Shown here: one piece after another, positions 12,401-24,400 of the stretch
Numbering within the stretch: position 1 is the first letter of the stretch
Layout: each line of letters starts with the position of its first letter
NCBI GenBank assembly: GCA_963805065.1
Contig: CAWDSS010000010.1
Span: 536,359-600,358, forward strand
Origin: Candidatus Omnitrophota bacterium
Lineage (GTDB): Bacteria > Omnitrophota > Gorgyraeia > Gygaellales > Profunditerraquicolaceae
Reading direction: 5' to 3'
Length of the DNA: 64,000 nt
Made by a program: the position numbers and the translations under genes
Notes under the pieces: model-generated
What the model was told of the DNA's origin: nothing
What the model saw: the letters and a program-made list of their open reading frames with translations, nothing else
The model's database searches: none

Positions 12401-15400
12401 CAATACCAGTAGCACCATTCACAGTGTCCAACATAGACTGGCCCCATGCAATAGCACCATATTTACCTTCAAGGTTCTGTGCGAATTGATCCAGCGTTTT
12501 ACCTCCAAAGTCTGCAAATATGGACCGGTCAGGATCACCCAACACATGGGCACTCTTAATAATACCTCCAATTTCAGCTGAAACAATCCACATATACCAA
12601 TAGCTCTGGGCAAACTCTTTGCCTCCGTGTAGCCATACATAAGTATAAGGTTTATTCTTTTTAATATCATCCAACTTTACCCTTGAGAATATACGCCACA
12701 CTGGATAAACAATCGCAGAAACAGGCGCTGTTAATGTATAAAATACCGCTCTTACTGCAGGCAACACAAGATATTTTCCAACGGCGAAATTCCTCTCTTT
12801 ATCAACAAATGCCTTAAATGCATCTTTGAAAGATTTACTTGTTGCGGCATTACCTGCGTAATATGCTCTAATAATCATATTTACCAACCCTGGGTCGCGA
12901 ATCGAACGCACCAACCCAAGAGTAATAGCTTCGCCGATTTGTGTTTTAACTTGCTCTAACTTACGCAATTCATCTGCACTCAATCCTTCTTTATTCTGTT
13001 CTGCTTCATTTATGGCAATAATCATATTCCACAAATACCTTGGATCCAAAGATACCGGAAGATTTCCTGGGACCTTCCTAATCTTAATATCTCTTAAGAT
13101 AGTCATTAATCCTAGTATTCTCTGTAACCTAAGGCCGACCACAATAACTACCAGCCTTGCAAGCTCCTGTAATGTATGAGGTAAACCGTATTCCGCGCAT
13201 ATTTTTACCAGAAATGCTGGCAAGGGAGACCAGGTTGCGATATTTTGTGCTGCTTCAACCGGTATTAATCCAAACACTGTAAACACCAGGGGCAAAAATG
13301 CATGAGCTATAACATATCCCCAAAAAGTCATCTGTCCTCTAACCAGGGCAAATGTGAATAAACCCATAAAAACAGGGAAGGCTTCATTCAGCCTTAAATA
13401 AGCGCTCTGGATGTTATAGCTTCTCTTGCCAAACCAACCAGCTGCTTCATATTTTTTATCATAATGTTTAACCAGAGCTATAAACTTTTCATCTTTTCTC
13501 AACTCTTCAAACTTATCTTTGCTATTATCAACGTTGTTCTGCATATCAGAGGTAAAGAAGTTATTGGTTACTTTGGCCAGAAATGGGAATAAGAAACCAA
13601 CGATCACGCCCGTAGCCACATCATGACACATCAGGCCAAAGGTAGCTCCGATTGCACCACCGATAATAATGTTTGCGATAGCATATTTATTAAAGATGTT
13701 TTCTTTCCCGTATATCTTAACGGAAAAAAGCGGGAGAAGTAATCCAACTATTGCTCCCAAGGCTATATTGGTCCAAGTGAGGCCAAATGCAGCTCCCAGC
13801 ACTATACCTATCGGTATATTCACTAATAGAGTGTATTTATTAAGCAGGGCCTTCTTAAAAGATAGCTCAACAACATCCTGCGTCTCTTGTGCCTTTTTCT
13901 CATTCCGCATGTCTCTTCTGGCAAAAAACTCACTTCTTCGAGCATGCCAGGTGTTACTGATCTTGCCGAAGATAAATGTCGGTTTTTCACCTTTTAAGAG
14001 CGCTTTGATATTATTTGTTGCATAAAGCATTGTTATGATTGTGGCGCCGCCCGCAACTAACATATTAAACAATCGTGGAAAATAAGGATGAGCATTAATA
14101 AATGCTTCTGATAATAATTCTTGGGCAAGATTGGGGAGGTAATTTGTGCTAACATAGAGCATACCGACTATTATAGGAAGGATGCTTCCATTGCGGAGAA
14201 ATTCGAATTGTTTCTTGGCGTAATTTCCCGTTAAATATTTTGCATATTCATCCGGTCCGCGTATCCCGCCATTATGGATATCCAAGGCTTGCTTGAAGAA
14301 TTTATAAGAGGCATAGAGAAAAGCTGAAGACAACGCTATAGCAGGTATCGGCATAGCCAGGATGAATCCAACCGCAGTTAAAACTGTAGCCACAGCAAGA
14401 TTAGCCACGCCCAATATAGCCGAGCCCCTTGTTGCCATACGTCCATCTTCGTGGGAAATCGGCGAGCTGGAGTGCGAGGTAAGTGGTGAATTGGAAGATT
14501 CATTTGGCTTGCTAGCTTGTTCAGAATTTTGCCCAGCAACTTTCGCAGGATGCGACTTCAATAATCCGTTATATCTAACTTCTAACGCTTCTGTGCTTTG
14601 TTCTGCCAGGATGGCTTCAACCATTATACGTTTACCATCGCTATCTAAAGCCGAGAGGTCAAAATATGTTGATTCTACAAAGCCTATATTCCTGATAGCA
14701 AAGTAAGTCTTCCTTAATTCATTTTTTACTTCGCGTATAACATCCTCATCCCTTCCTAACTTGTGGGCAACGCCCAATACTACATCAAGATTCACTAATC
14801 CCACAATAAATAACTTTCCGCACAGGTATACCAGATCCGCAAGCATATGAAAAACAGTAGAAACATAGAAGTGAAAAGTTAACATGCTGTTATTGAAATT
14901 GCGAAGTGCTTGTATTTTTCTTGAGGATTTTTCAATTTCCCTGAAGATTGACATATGCGGTTGCGGCTGTCTTAAATCTCTCTTAAATTTCACGGGTGAA
15001 CTGGAGCGTTGGGTAAGCTTCGAAATAATTGAACTGGAAACAGTTTTGTTGCTGGACTTAATTTTATAAGAAACGGCATATTTTTCTGGTTTAAAATTCT
15101 CAGGCATTAGCGCTAAGCTTGCAGATCCAATAACTATATAAAAGATATTGAAAGGTTCGAAAGATTGCAAGGAAATTAATATAATCGCACCGCTAATTCC
15201 ACGGATAACAAAACTTGTTATACCGTGGATAAAGTCATCTGCTTTATGACGGAATGCGTCTTTGGTATCGTAACCAATGTAAAGTAAAACAGTGCCTAAA
15301 CCGCCGAATATTACCGTTACAATTAGATCTAAGTCAATATTCATATTAAATGCGGTCAGGCCAAATAATTTTTGTTCTAATCTTAATAATGTCGGTGTCA

Positions 15401-18400
15401 TGCCAGCTATTAAAAGTAAATTTGAATACACATATTTGTAACCCGGAAAATAATTTAATGATGCATACTTAAACAATGTATTGCGTAATTTCTCCGCGAG
15501 CACAAAAATCAACCCGCCAACAATTATTGGATTTGAAATTTCTCCCATCGGATGCGAAATGAAAGAGATTACGGTAAGTAAAATACCGGTCAATGTGTTC
15601 TTTGTATTAACACCTTCCACCGGTGAGCTGCCTTTTATCAAAGAAACAATCTCTCCATTCTTCTGGACAGGGAATTTCGTAAGTAGCGACTTAAGTGCCG
15701 CAACGTCAAAATGCCTAAAGAGCATAACATCATGCTTAAAGCTTTCATATTCTTTCAAATCTAAAATGTTGCGAGCATTGCGAAGAGTTGATGCTAAGAA
15801 TTTATTCATTGCCAGGACAATGTTTTCGTTGGATAGATCTGCCAGGGCTATATTTAATAGCTTTGTAAATTTCTCTTCAAGTGCGACTCCCACCTGTTGC
15901 TGTTTCCTACCAACAGAAATATACTCTGACGAACCGACGTAAACGTGTATACGATCCTTGATAACAGACAAAATAAGCTGCGCTCGCTTCGCCGCATGGC
16001 TGCTATTTAAGAATCTCGAATTCGGTAAACTCTGCAAAGCAAAACTCCCATTCAAATCTGATAAGAGCCCTTGAGCGATTTCATTGTAATGGCTCTCAGG
16101 CAAAGCTGCTATTTTTCTTGAATAACCTGCGGGACGTATTCCTGAGGCGGGCAACTTAGTAAATCGTGAAACATATCCCATGACATCATAAGCTAAGGCA
16201 TGAATGAGTTGCTTTATTTGAGAAATAGAGGCGGCTTCGAGAATAAGGGGGCTATAAATTTGGTTCAGGATTTCATATCTGTCATACAAGAACTCTCTGT
16301 CAGCGAAACCTTTAAGATTTGCTTTTAGGGTTTCACGAAATTCGCCTATTAAATTCAGCGCCTTCTCCTTAACATCTGATTGCTCCAACATACCGCCACG
16401 CAGAAACTTAACTATAGGCGAAGAACCCTTGTTGTAAAAAGACGCTCTGGAAGCCAGGAATAATGAATATACCTCACTATCCTTTCCCCATACCTTTAAA
16501 ACCTGCTCATCAGCAAAATTCCTTACTTCTTCGTTAGTCAGGCGGCCATAGTTCTGGTTAATTCTCATAATGAGTTTCTGCGGTTTGCTCTTGTGATTAT
16601 CAATGTAGTCCTTTAATGTTTTAAGTAAGAACGTTAACACATCCGAGTTAACCATGTCTTCTAAATCTTTACTAAATGGATGATCCGGAGTCATAGCCTT
16701 AAGGACAACCTCATTCCCCAGCACTCCTGCCCGATTTAATCCTAATTCATGATAGAGAATTAATGTGCTGATATATTCTATATGCTCTTCGCTGAACCAG
16801 CCAACAAATGTCCTAAGGAACTCCTCAGCTATCTTAGCATTCATCATGGCGTGGAGAACCAGCTTGCGGAATTCTTCATCCAGCTGAGGATTGGAAAGCT
16901 TTGCCGGTTCAAGCCAATTGAATTTACGGCCATGGTCGTGGTTAAGAAACGCAATCTCCTTGTAAATGTCTCCCGGAGTAGCTAATCCGTATTTCCGCAA
17001 GAGGTAGTAAGAATCCAGAGTTTGCTCGTGATGATAGCGGTCAGATTTTTGTAAATAAGAACCTATGGGATGAAGCGCTGCGCCATAGCTAAAATCTAGC
17101 ACCTGCTTAACAGCCTCAAATTTCTTACCATCATTCGGCCCATCTCCTACACTCCTCCTTGCTTCCAAGGCTCTTTTAGTTACGCCAAACGGAAGCACAA
17201 CACGAGCCTCTTGAACTTTCTTGTATAATGCCCAAGCTTCATCCAGGGACATAGGGCTTGAACCGATTCTTTGGATATGCTTTCTTGAAGGCCTAATTTC
17301 AAAGATTGCGGCTTCTTGTTTTATTTGGCGTCTGCTGTCAAATATAAACTCTACATTGGTTGCTCTAATATGCTTAAATAGATGCACGGGTAACAAAATC
17401 CTGCCACCTTCTCCAACATCTAAAACCTCGGAAAGACTAAGAGCAATGTATCTTAAGCGGTTATCACTGAGTATTTCTTTAATTGCATTTGTATTGGGAT
17501 TGAGAACCAGATATGGCGCTCTTCCCGGAATAGTAAGCGACCTCGAAACAAGAACCTTTGTTCCAATAAGTTCTTCAAAGTCTTCGGGTAATATTAATTC
17601 TCTATCCCATTTGGCAAGACCGTAACTAAAAATGACTTGGGTTTTTGAAAAGTCAGGCTGTCCAAAGATTGATTTAAATACTTCTATTGGCTGGTAGCCT
17701 TTTAATAATAAAGAATCAATGTTTGCACCTAACCGCGGTAACTTATTTGCGTTGGCTCTCCAAATCTCCTTCCTTGAAAACGCCGGAGAACCAGCTAAGT
17801 TTTCTAATTTTTGCAGTAAATTAATAATTCGGGGTTGATTGGTTGCTTGCATCGGCGAGCTGCCATGAGCGGTAGAAATAATTTCATCTATTCTAATCAA
17901 AACCTTCTCGATTCCAGAAGCAACATCAACGACCGTGAAGCTCATCTTCGCTATAGCGCCGTATATGTTGCGTAACTCTATTCCCTTGCTTGTTCTCATT
18001 AATAAAGCATCTTTGACGTTCACCTTAATTTGCCTGAATATGCATTCAATAGGTTCATCTTGTATATGACGCCTTATTAATTCATGATTTAGATATTCAA
18101 CTATGGACAAAATGTCGTTCAAAGATTGCTCAAAAGGTTCGATAGATTCTTCGGAAACAGCAGTCCCTTGCATACCCCTGACACTACTTTTGAGCTCCTT
18201 AATTATTTGAGTAATTTCTACAGATCCCTGAAGAACTGCTGCTTTTAAGTCTCTAAACGCTTGTTCATAATAACCCACCGGCGAAGAGGAAGTGCGGATG
18301 ACATGGCCGTCTTTTGAGAATAGAATCGGTTTTTGGGTGAAAGGTTTTTCGTAGTAATATCTCAAAAATCTCTCGACTTCAATCCTTGTTTCCCTCCACG

Positions 18401-21400
18401 GACGTCTGCCTTTTTTATTGGGCGTTTCAGACAACTGTTTCAGCCAATCCTCTGGGCCATACGTCTGTAGTGCTTTGTATGGAGGCGTGCGTCCGGAATT
18501 GTACATAGCCACAGCTGCACGTACGTAACGGTAACCATAGAAGAATCTATTAAAGGAAAGAATGCTTATTTGTTCAAAATGGTAGCCTTCCTGGTTTTTA
18601 TTCTCGACAAGGCGGTGCTCACGCGTAAACTTAAGATCGCAATAGAATATCGCTGTGCCAATAGCTATATTATAGTCTGGGCTATCGTAAACCTTTTGGC
18701 GGTTAATCTTTTTAACTTTTTCCGGAGCAATTCCTTCGGCAGCTCCGATAATCTTTCTCAAAACTGGAGCATATTCGTCATTATTGTGTATCGATGCATC
18801 AATCATATCCATGCCCTGTGGAGTTATTTGCATAATGCCAATGGCGCCGGCCCAAGAAATAATGACTCTACGTTTGCCATTTTTACCAAAAATCCAGTGA
18901 TTTATATCTGTCTCTGCTCCAGCGATAGATCTTGTGATACGTGGATTGAAGTGGGCGATAAGAGCATATTTTGCAAACGAATCAAACTCAATGACTAGTT
19001 TTTCAACTTCCTTCTTGATGAGGTTCTCTACAATTTTCCTCACAGGCTCGGTTTTTCTTTGAGGGGTAAACTGAAGAGGTTCAGATGTCGGTTTATCTTC
19101 CTTTATTATTGGTGCAGTTTCAATTTTTGACAACTGGGAGGATTTCCAAGTAATTGGCTTTTCTCTTGTGGGCCGCGGCAATTTGTGTCGAATATCCTGA
19201 TTAATCTTTTTGTCTGACTGCGGCTTACTCTTCTTAACTGGCAACACTGGTTGAGTTTCAACTGGCTTCTGAGGCTTCATTATTTCTGGTAAGCGTTTAT
19301 TATTGACCTCAACAGTAACTGATTCTTTTACTCCTTCTTTCTCTGTTACAAATACTAGAGGCTTATTATGAGCAATAATACCTTTATATTCGAATTGAAG
19401 CGCAAAAACTCTAATCTGTTCTTCAGGATATGTTTGGTCACTGGTCACATATACTTTTTCTATTTTGCCTTTTTCATCTTCAACCTCAACCACATGGCTA
19501 GGGATTCCTATCTCTTCTAGTTTATCAACAATTTTAAAGCCGACTTGTCTATCATATTTAAAGCCGACTTGTCTATCATAAACCTTAATGTTAAATTTAC
19601 CTTCTGGCGAAGTTTGATATGCTGTGTTAAAAGATGGAAGTAGATGCTCCAAATTAATACTAGACGCGTTAATATCAGTAAGAAACACGTTGCCTGCAAA
19701 GACAACAGCTACAATTGTACTAATAGATTTTACCAGCACGCCCTTAAACGTCATTGGTGAAGAAGTACTATCTAATAGCTTTTCTATTTTACCTATATTT
19801 GTATTATTGCTAATTTCTGCTGTATTCTTTACAAAAGCTGCTTTGTCAATCTTCGTATTTATAACTGAAGATGCGGCTGGGCTGGAAGAGACATCTTCTT
19901 TTCTCATATAAGCTCGTAACGCCCAAATGAATCCAAAAGCCGCGACAACACCTAGGGCAATCTTTCCTGCCCCAATTTTGCTAGATTCTTCTACTAATAC
20001 GCCATTCTTGAATTCTAATACTTCGATGTTTTGCAATGTGGCGTCATATGCCCGCGCCTTGGATTCATTATCAACATCCACATACAGCTTAGGATTGCTG
20101 AAAGAGATATCCTTAACACTATGGAATTTACCTTTGAGTGCCGATATCAACTCAAATCTGGATAACCTGTTATTAGTAGAAATTGTATTTACAACTAACT
20201 TCTCAGGCTTAAGGCCATACTTTCTTAATATAGTAATTAAATTATCGACTTTTTGCTCTATCTCTCGAGAGCTATTCCAAGTTTGATCATCATTAAAAGG
20301 AGAGAAGTGACCCACTATTACTTTATTGCTGGAAGTACCATCTATCACAAACACTACACATTTATTGGTCTGAATGGCATTTGTGGTAATATAACTACCT
20401 CTATCAGCGACTGCTAATGTATTCTCAGCAACCGTGGTATATTCATGTTTTGCTTTTACAGAAATAGCCGGATTTAATAAATCGTATACTGTGATAGAAG
20501 CAAACGCCTGCAAGGCTGGGGTAAGCCATATTACCAAGCTTACCGCAGCTATAGCGATAACTTTGGAAAAAGAGGCTCCTCTGGCCTCCTTATGATAAGA
20601 GGAGCCTATTAATCCTGTAGGTAGGGACTTTGCCATAAGCTGATTCAGCGCGTTGCCGGACAATGTCGGCACAGCCACATTCCAATTCAAGCCAAGCCTC
20701 GCCGCTCTGCTGCTTAATAACCCCGTTGATAAGGAAATTAGCTGTCCTGCCGCTACCGTTGACCTTTGCGGAACCAAATACCGTGCCATCACTGTTGTCA
20801 ATAACAAAGTGGATAAACTCCAAATCACTATACTGTTTACACATGGTACACCTCCTATTGATGTTGTCATGAGGGCGGTGATGGGGGTCAGTTCCCGGAG
20901 GTATGATGGGACCATCACCAGCGCCTCATGAGCAACAATAGCCGTAATTGCTACTATTCCTGCCACGGAAGGAGTAGCTAACGGCCGGATTAAATTCAAT
21001 ATATTTTCTGTTAAATGTTGGGTTGCTGTATGTATAGTTGTTGTAATAGGGGTCGCAGGATGGGTCAGTCTCTGGAGGAGAGATCCTGCGAAACCCCTAT
21101 ATACAACAATAGCCGCTACTATGTTCCTGCCACGGAAGGGATAGCTAACGGCTGGATTTCTAATGTTTATTATTAATTTCTTGATTAAGGAAGTACTTAA
21201 GGAAGGTGTTTTATAGACAAAAAGACCACTAGGAGTTTCTTTAGTGGGCGGACTAAGTCCGTTTAAGGTTTTGACAGGATTTCTACCGCTTAACTCAGAT
21301 CTTTCCACAACTTTGCCGGATAATACTGGCGAAGCTGCTAATTGCAGTTTCTCTGTCTCAACCGCACTATTAGAATCTATAATAGTTCTGTTACCAGAAC

Positions 21401-24400
21401 TCTTACTTTGTTCCTTACCTGTATTTACAGGTGAGGTTCTTTCAGCTGGAATGCTTTTAGCTGGAGTTTCGCCTCTGGCATTTTGCTTAATTATGTGGAG
21501 CTTACCTATATTGTAGGGCTCTACATTAATTAGCTTCCAGTTGCTCAGAGCACTGACCCCTATGAATCTAACCTTAGAGGTTGCACTCCAAGAACCTGCC
21601 CTAGCTGCATCTTTTATAGATGCACTTCTAGAACCTGGCGTAGCTCTATAAGCTGAGCTTACACCTTCTGCACTAAATTGTGCAGCTTTGTAACCTTTTG
21701 AACCAATATTTGTACTCGCTATTCTTTCAGATCCACGACCTGCGATCGCGAGAATCGCAGCCGCGGGTCTTATGGGGCCGGCGCGCTGGCGCAACATCCA
21801 AGCAAGAGAGTTAAGATCAGTCAAGGCTCCGCTTAGAGTTGCAAGGGAATTCTTTTGCAGATAAGTTTGTAAGCTAGGGAATTGTGAGACAATCACAATC
21901 AATGCCAATCCTCCCGCAATCCAAGGATTAGCTGTATTACCTATATATAGTAGGGCGAATGGCACAGCCATAGGCATTCCCAACGGCTGCTGCTTAGGCC
22001 CTCTATTCTGCAAAGGAGAGCCATTTGCCTGATCATCAAATGGCGCTTTGAGTTTCGGCATATTCCCTAGATAATCACTCCTGCCTATAATACTCAAAGG
22101 CGCTATAGGCTTGAGTTGCTTAACTACTAATGCCTTAAATTTGATTACGGATGATGCAAGTTTTGTTGCTTTCATAAACGTAAGTGGCAACAATGGACTC
22201 TTTGCTATCTTAGCCGTATTGGCCATTAACATGTCTTTGTTATTATAAAACACGGTCGTAATAAGCGACCCTTGCCTAAATGGAGTTGAACTTGCTGTTA
22301 TTAAAACAACTGCCATCTTAGCGCCTTGCGGAGCAATAATCCTGATTTCTTCTGCCTTGGTTAATGCTGCATTAAGTGTTAAACGCGCTACTAAATCAGG
22401 CGATCTGACTATTATTAAAGTAGGTAGAGTTGCCTTTCCGACGTCAGGAGCAAGTTGTTTTGCTTGTGCTGCTGTAAGGCGTATATTTTCCGCAACCTCA
22501 GGCCCAAGCTTCGTAGGCTTACCTATTATTGCTAGGCGAAATGCCGTATCAGACAAAGGCTGACCAGATCCCTCTACAGCCGCCATTATCGTCCCACCAG
22601 TATCAATCATCAGGTTTAATACCCCTATAGGGCTAGCACAGAGGCTATACTGCTCCAGTAACGACTGTAGCGCCTCGCCTACTGTTGGTATCTCTTCTAT
22701 CGGCGTGCTTCCGACGCGTAAACTTACCCCCGGCCTTACCGGCAACGCTTCAAAAACAGGCGAAGACGTTATTTTAACATCCACGCCTACTTCTGATGTT
22801 TTTTCAATTAGCTTAAACACGACCGCACCGTTAGGCTTAATATCTTTTACTTCAATTTTTGCTCCTTGCTGTTCAGCCAAATCTATTACATGTGTTGTGA
22901 ATGCTCTAATTTTAGCTTCCTGTTTAATGTTGTTAATGAAATCGTGTTTTACATAAATCAACCCCTGAGGTTTCAATACGCGGATAACTTCCTTCATTAC
23001 ATCTTGTTCTTTAGCCCACCTAAAAAGATCAATAACACTAACTTTTGTGACGCTATTATCGGCGAGAGGAATTTTTCTTGCATCAGCCCTCAGCACCGAA
23101 ACATTGGCGGGGATTGCTTCAGCTTGCTTATAAGATTTACTTAAGTTATTCAACTCCTTAGAAATATCAACCATCGGCTTCATGGCGAGCTTATCCGTTA
23201 AATCTGGTATCGTAGGATTATTTACAAACTTTAATAAAGGTACAACTAAATTATTGATATTCTTTTCTGATATATCAAGGTATATGGATTTGATGCCTTT
23301 CAATGATGCAACCGCTATATATGTTCCAGGGCCACCGGCTAAGTCAAGGAACGTATCTTTGTCATTTAGATCAAGCGCCTCCATTACTGCAATTGCAGGA
23401 ACTGTACGCTGTAACCTAAGTTGTGTCATGGGTGATGCAGAAATATTGATATCTTCTATATCCCCAAGATAATCTTTGCGTGGCGACGCAGACTGCGCCA
23501 ATGGCGTGGGTTTTATTGCTGTCTTCGCCATCGGCGAACTTGCAGCATTGGTTTCAATGCCGCTTTGTTTAACCAAATTCTGCAATGTAGCAACCGGAGC
23601 AATGTGCATAATTTCATCAATGCCGGTTTGCTTGTAAATAGCTTCAAATTTCTGGCCTAATTCAGGAGTAGAAAGTATCTTATCTGCCGCTTTAACCATC
23701 TTTTCATCTACTGCATAATAACTCTTGGCAACTCTATAAGCAGCAAAGAACGGAGTCATATGCCCAAAGAGTTCTATGGCTACTCCGAAATCAGTCTTCT
23801 CAATCTTGGAAGCTGACTTTACTAAATTATCCCATTCCACCTTAACCGGCGTGCTATCTTTGATTGCCACGCCGATATCTGCTATTGCCCCTGCTGCCAG
23901 TGTTGTGAATTTCTCCACTGCTATACTGGTACTATCGAAATCAGGGCTTTCTTTAATACGCCCTACCAGTGCTTCTAATGCCCTTGCCTTTATTATGGGA
24001 GCCTTATCGCTATCTCTAATTGCCCTAACATATTTGGCAATACTATCGTAATCAGTTCTTAAATAATCTACTAATACTTTTACAGACTCAACATCTTGTA
24101 ATTCTTTCACAAACTGCTCTAATGCTACTTTGTTATCTTTATACGCATATCTTAATCTGGCCTCGGCAGGATCATGTGTAAAGGCTATAAGGTTTTCTGC
24201 TGTAGGAATCAGTTTATCTTCTCTGATTAAGGTAGCGCCTACGCCATTACCATATTCTACTGAGTTAGCTAACATACTTGTCCTTGCGCCTTCAATAATG
24301 CCCAGGGTATTTAGTAATGTAGTTTCGAAATCATCTTTAGAAACTATCCTTGCTATCTGTTTATCTATAGTTGCCTGCTTTATTTCTTCAAATAGCACTT

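Noticed and set aside
16740-16960. Possible HD / HD-GYP phosphohydrolase module (AFLNHDHGRKF ... LILYHELGLNRAG), tempting given the c-di-GMP-like leaders
   Set aside because: Only an isolated HD dipeptide and a YHE are present. The HHExxDGxGYP signature is absent. This is too weak to call without an HMM search.
20862-21160. Tandem hairpin element read as a glycine riboswitch (tandem architecture, CTCTGGAGGAGAG on the plus strand), or as fluoride, guanidine-II, or c-di-GMP-II riboswitches
   Set aside because: The conserved cores I recall for those classes are missing: glycine ...CACCGAAGGGGCAA / CUCAGGCAAAAGGAC, fluoride ...CUGAUGAUGCC, and mini-ykkC ACGR loops. Only superficial resemblance remains.
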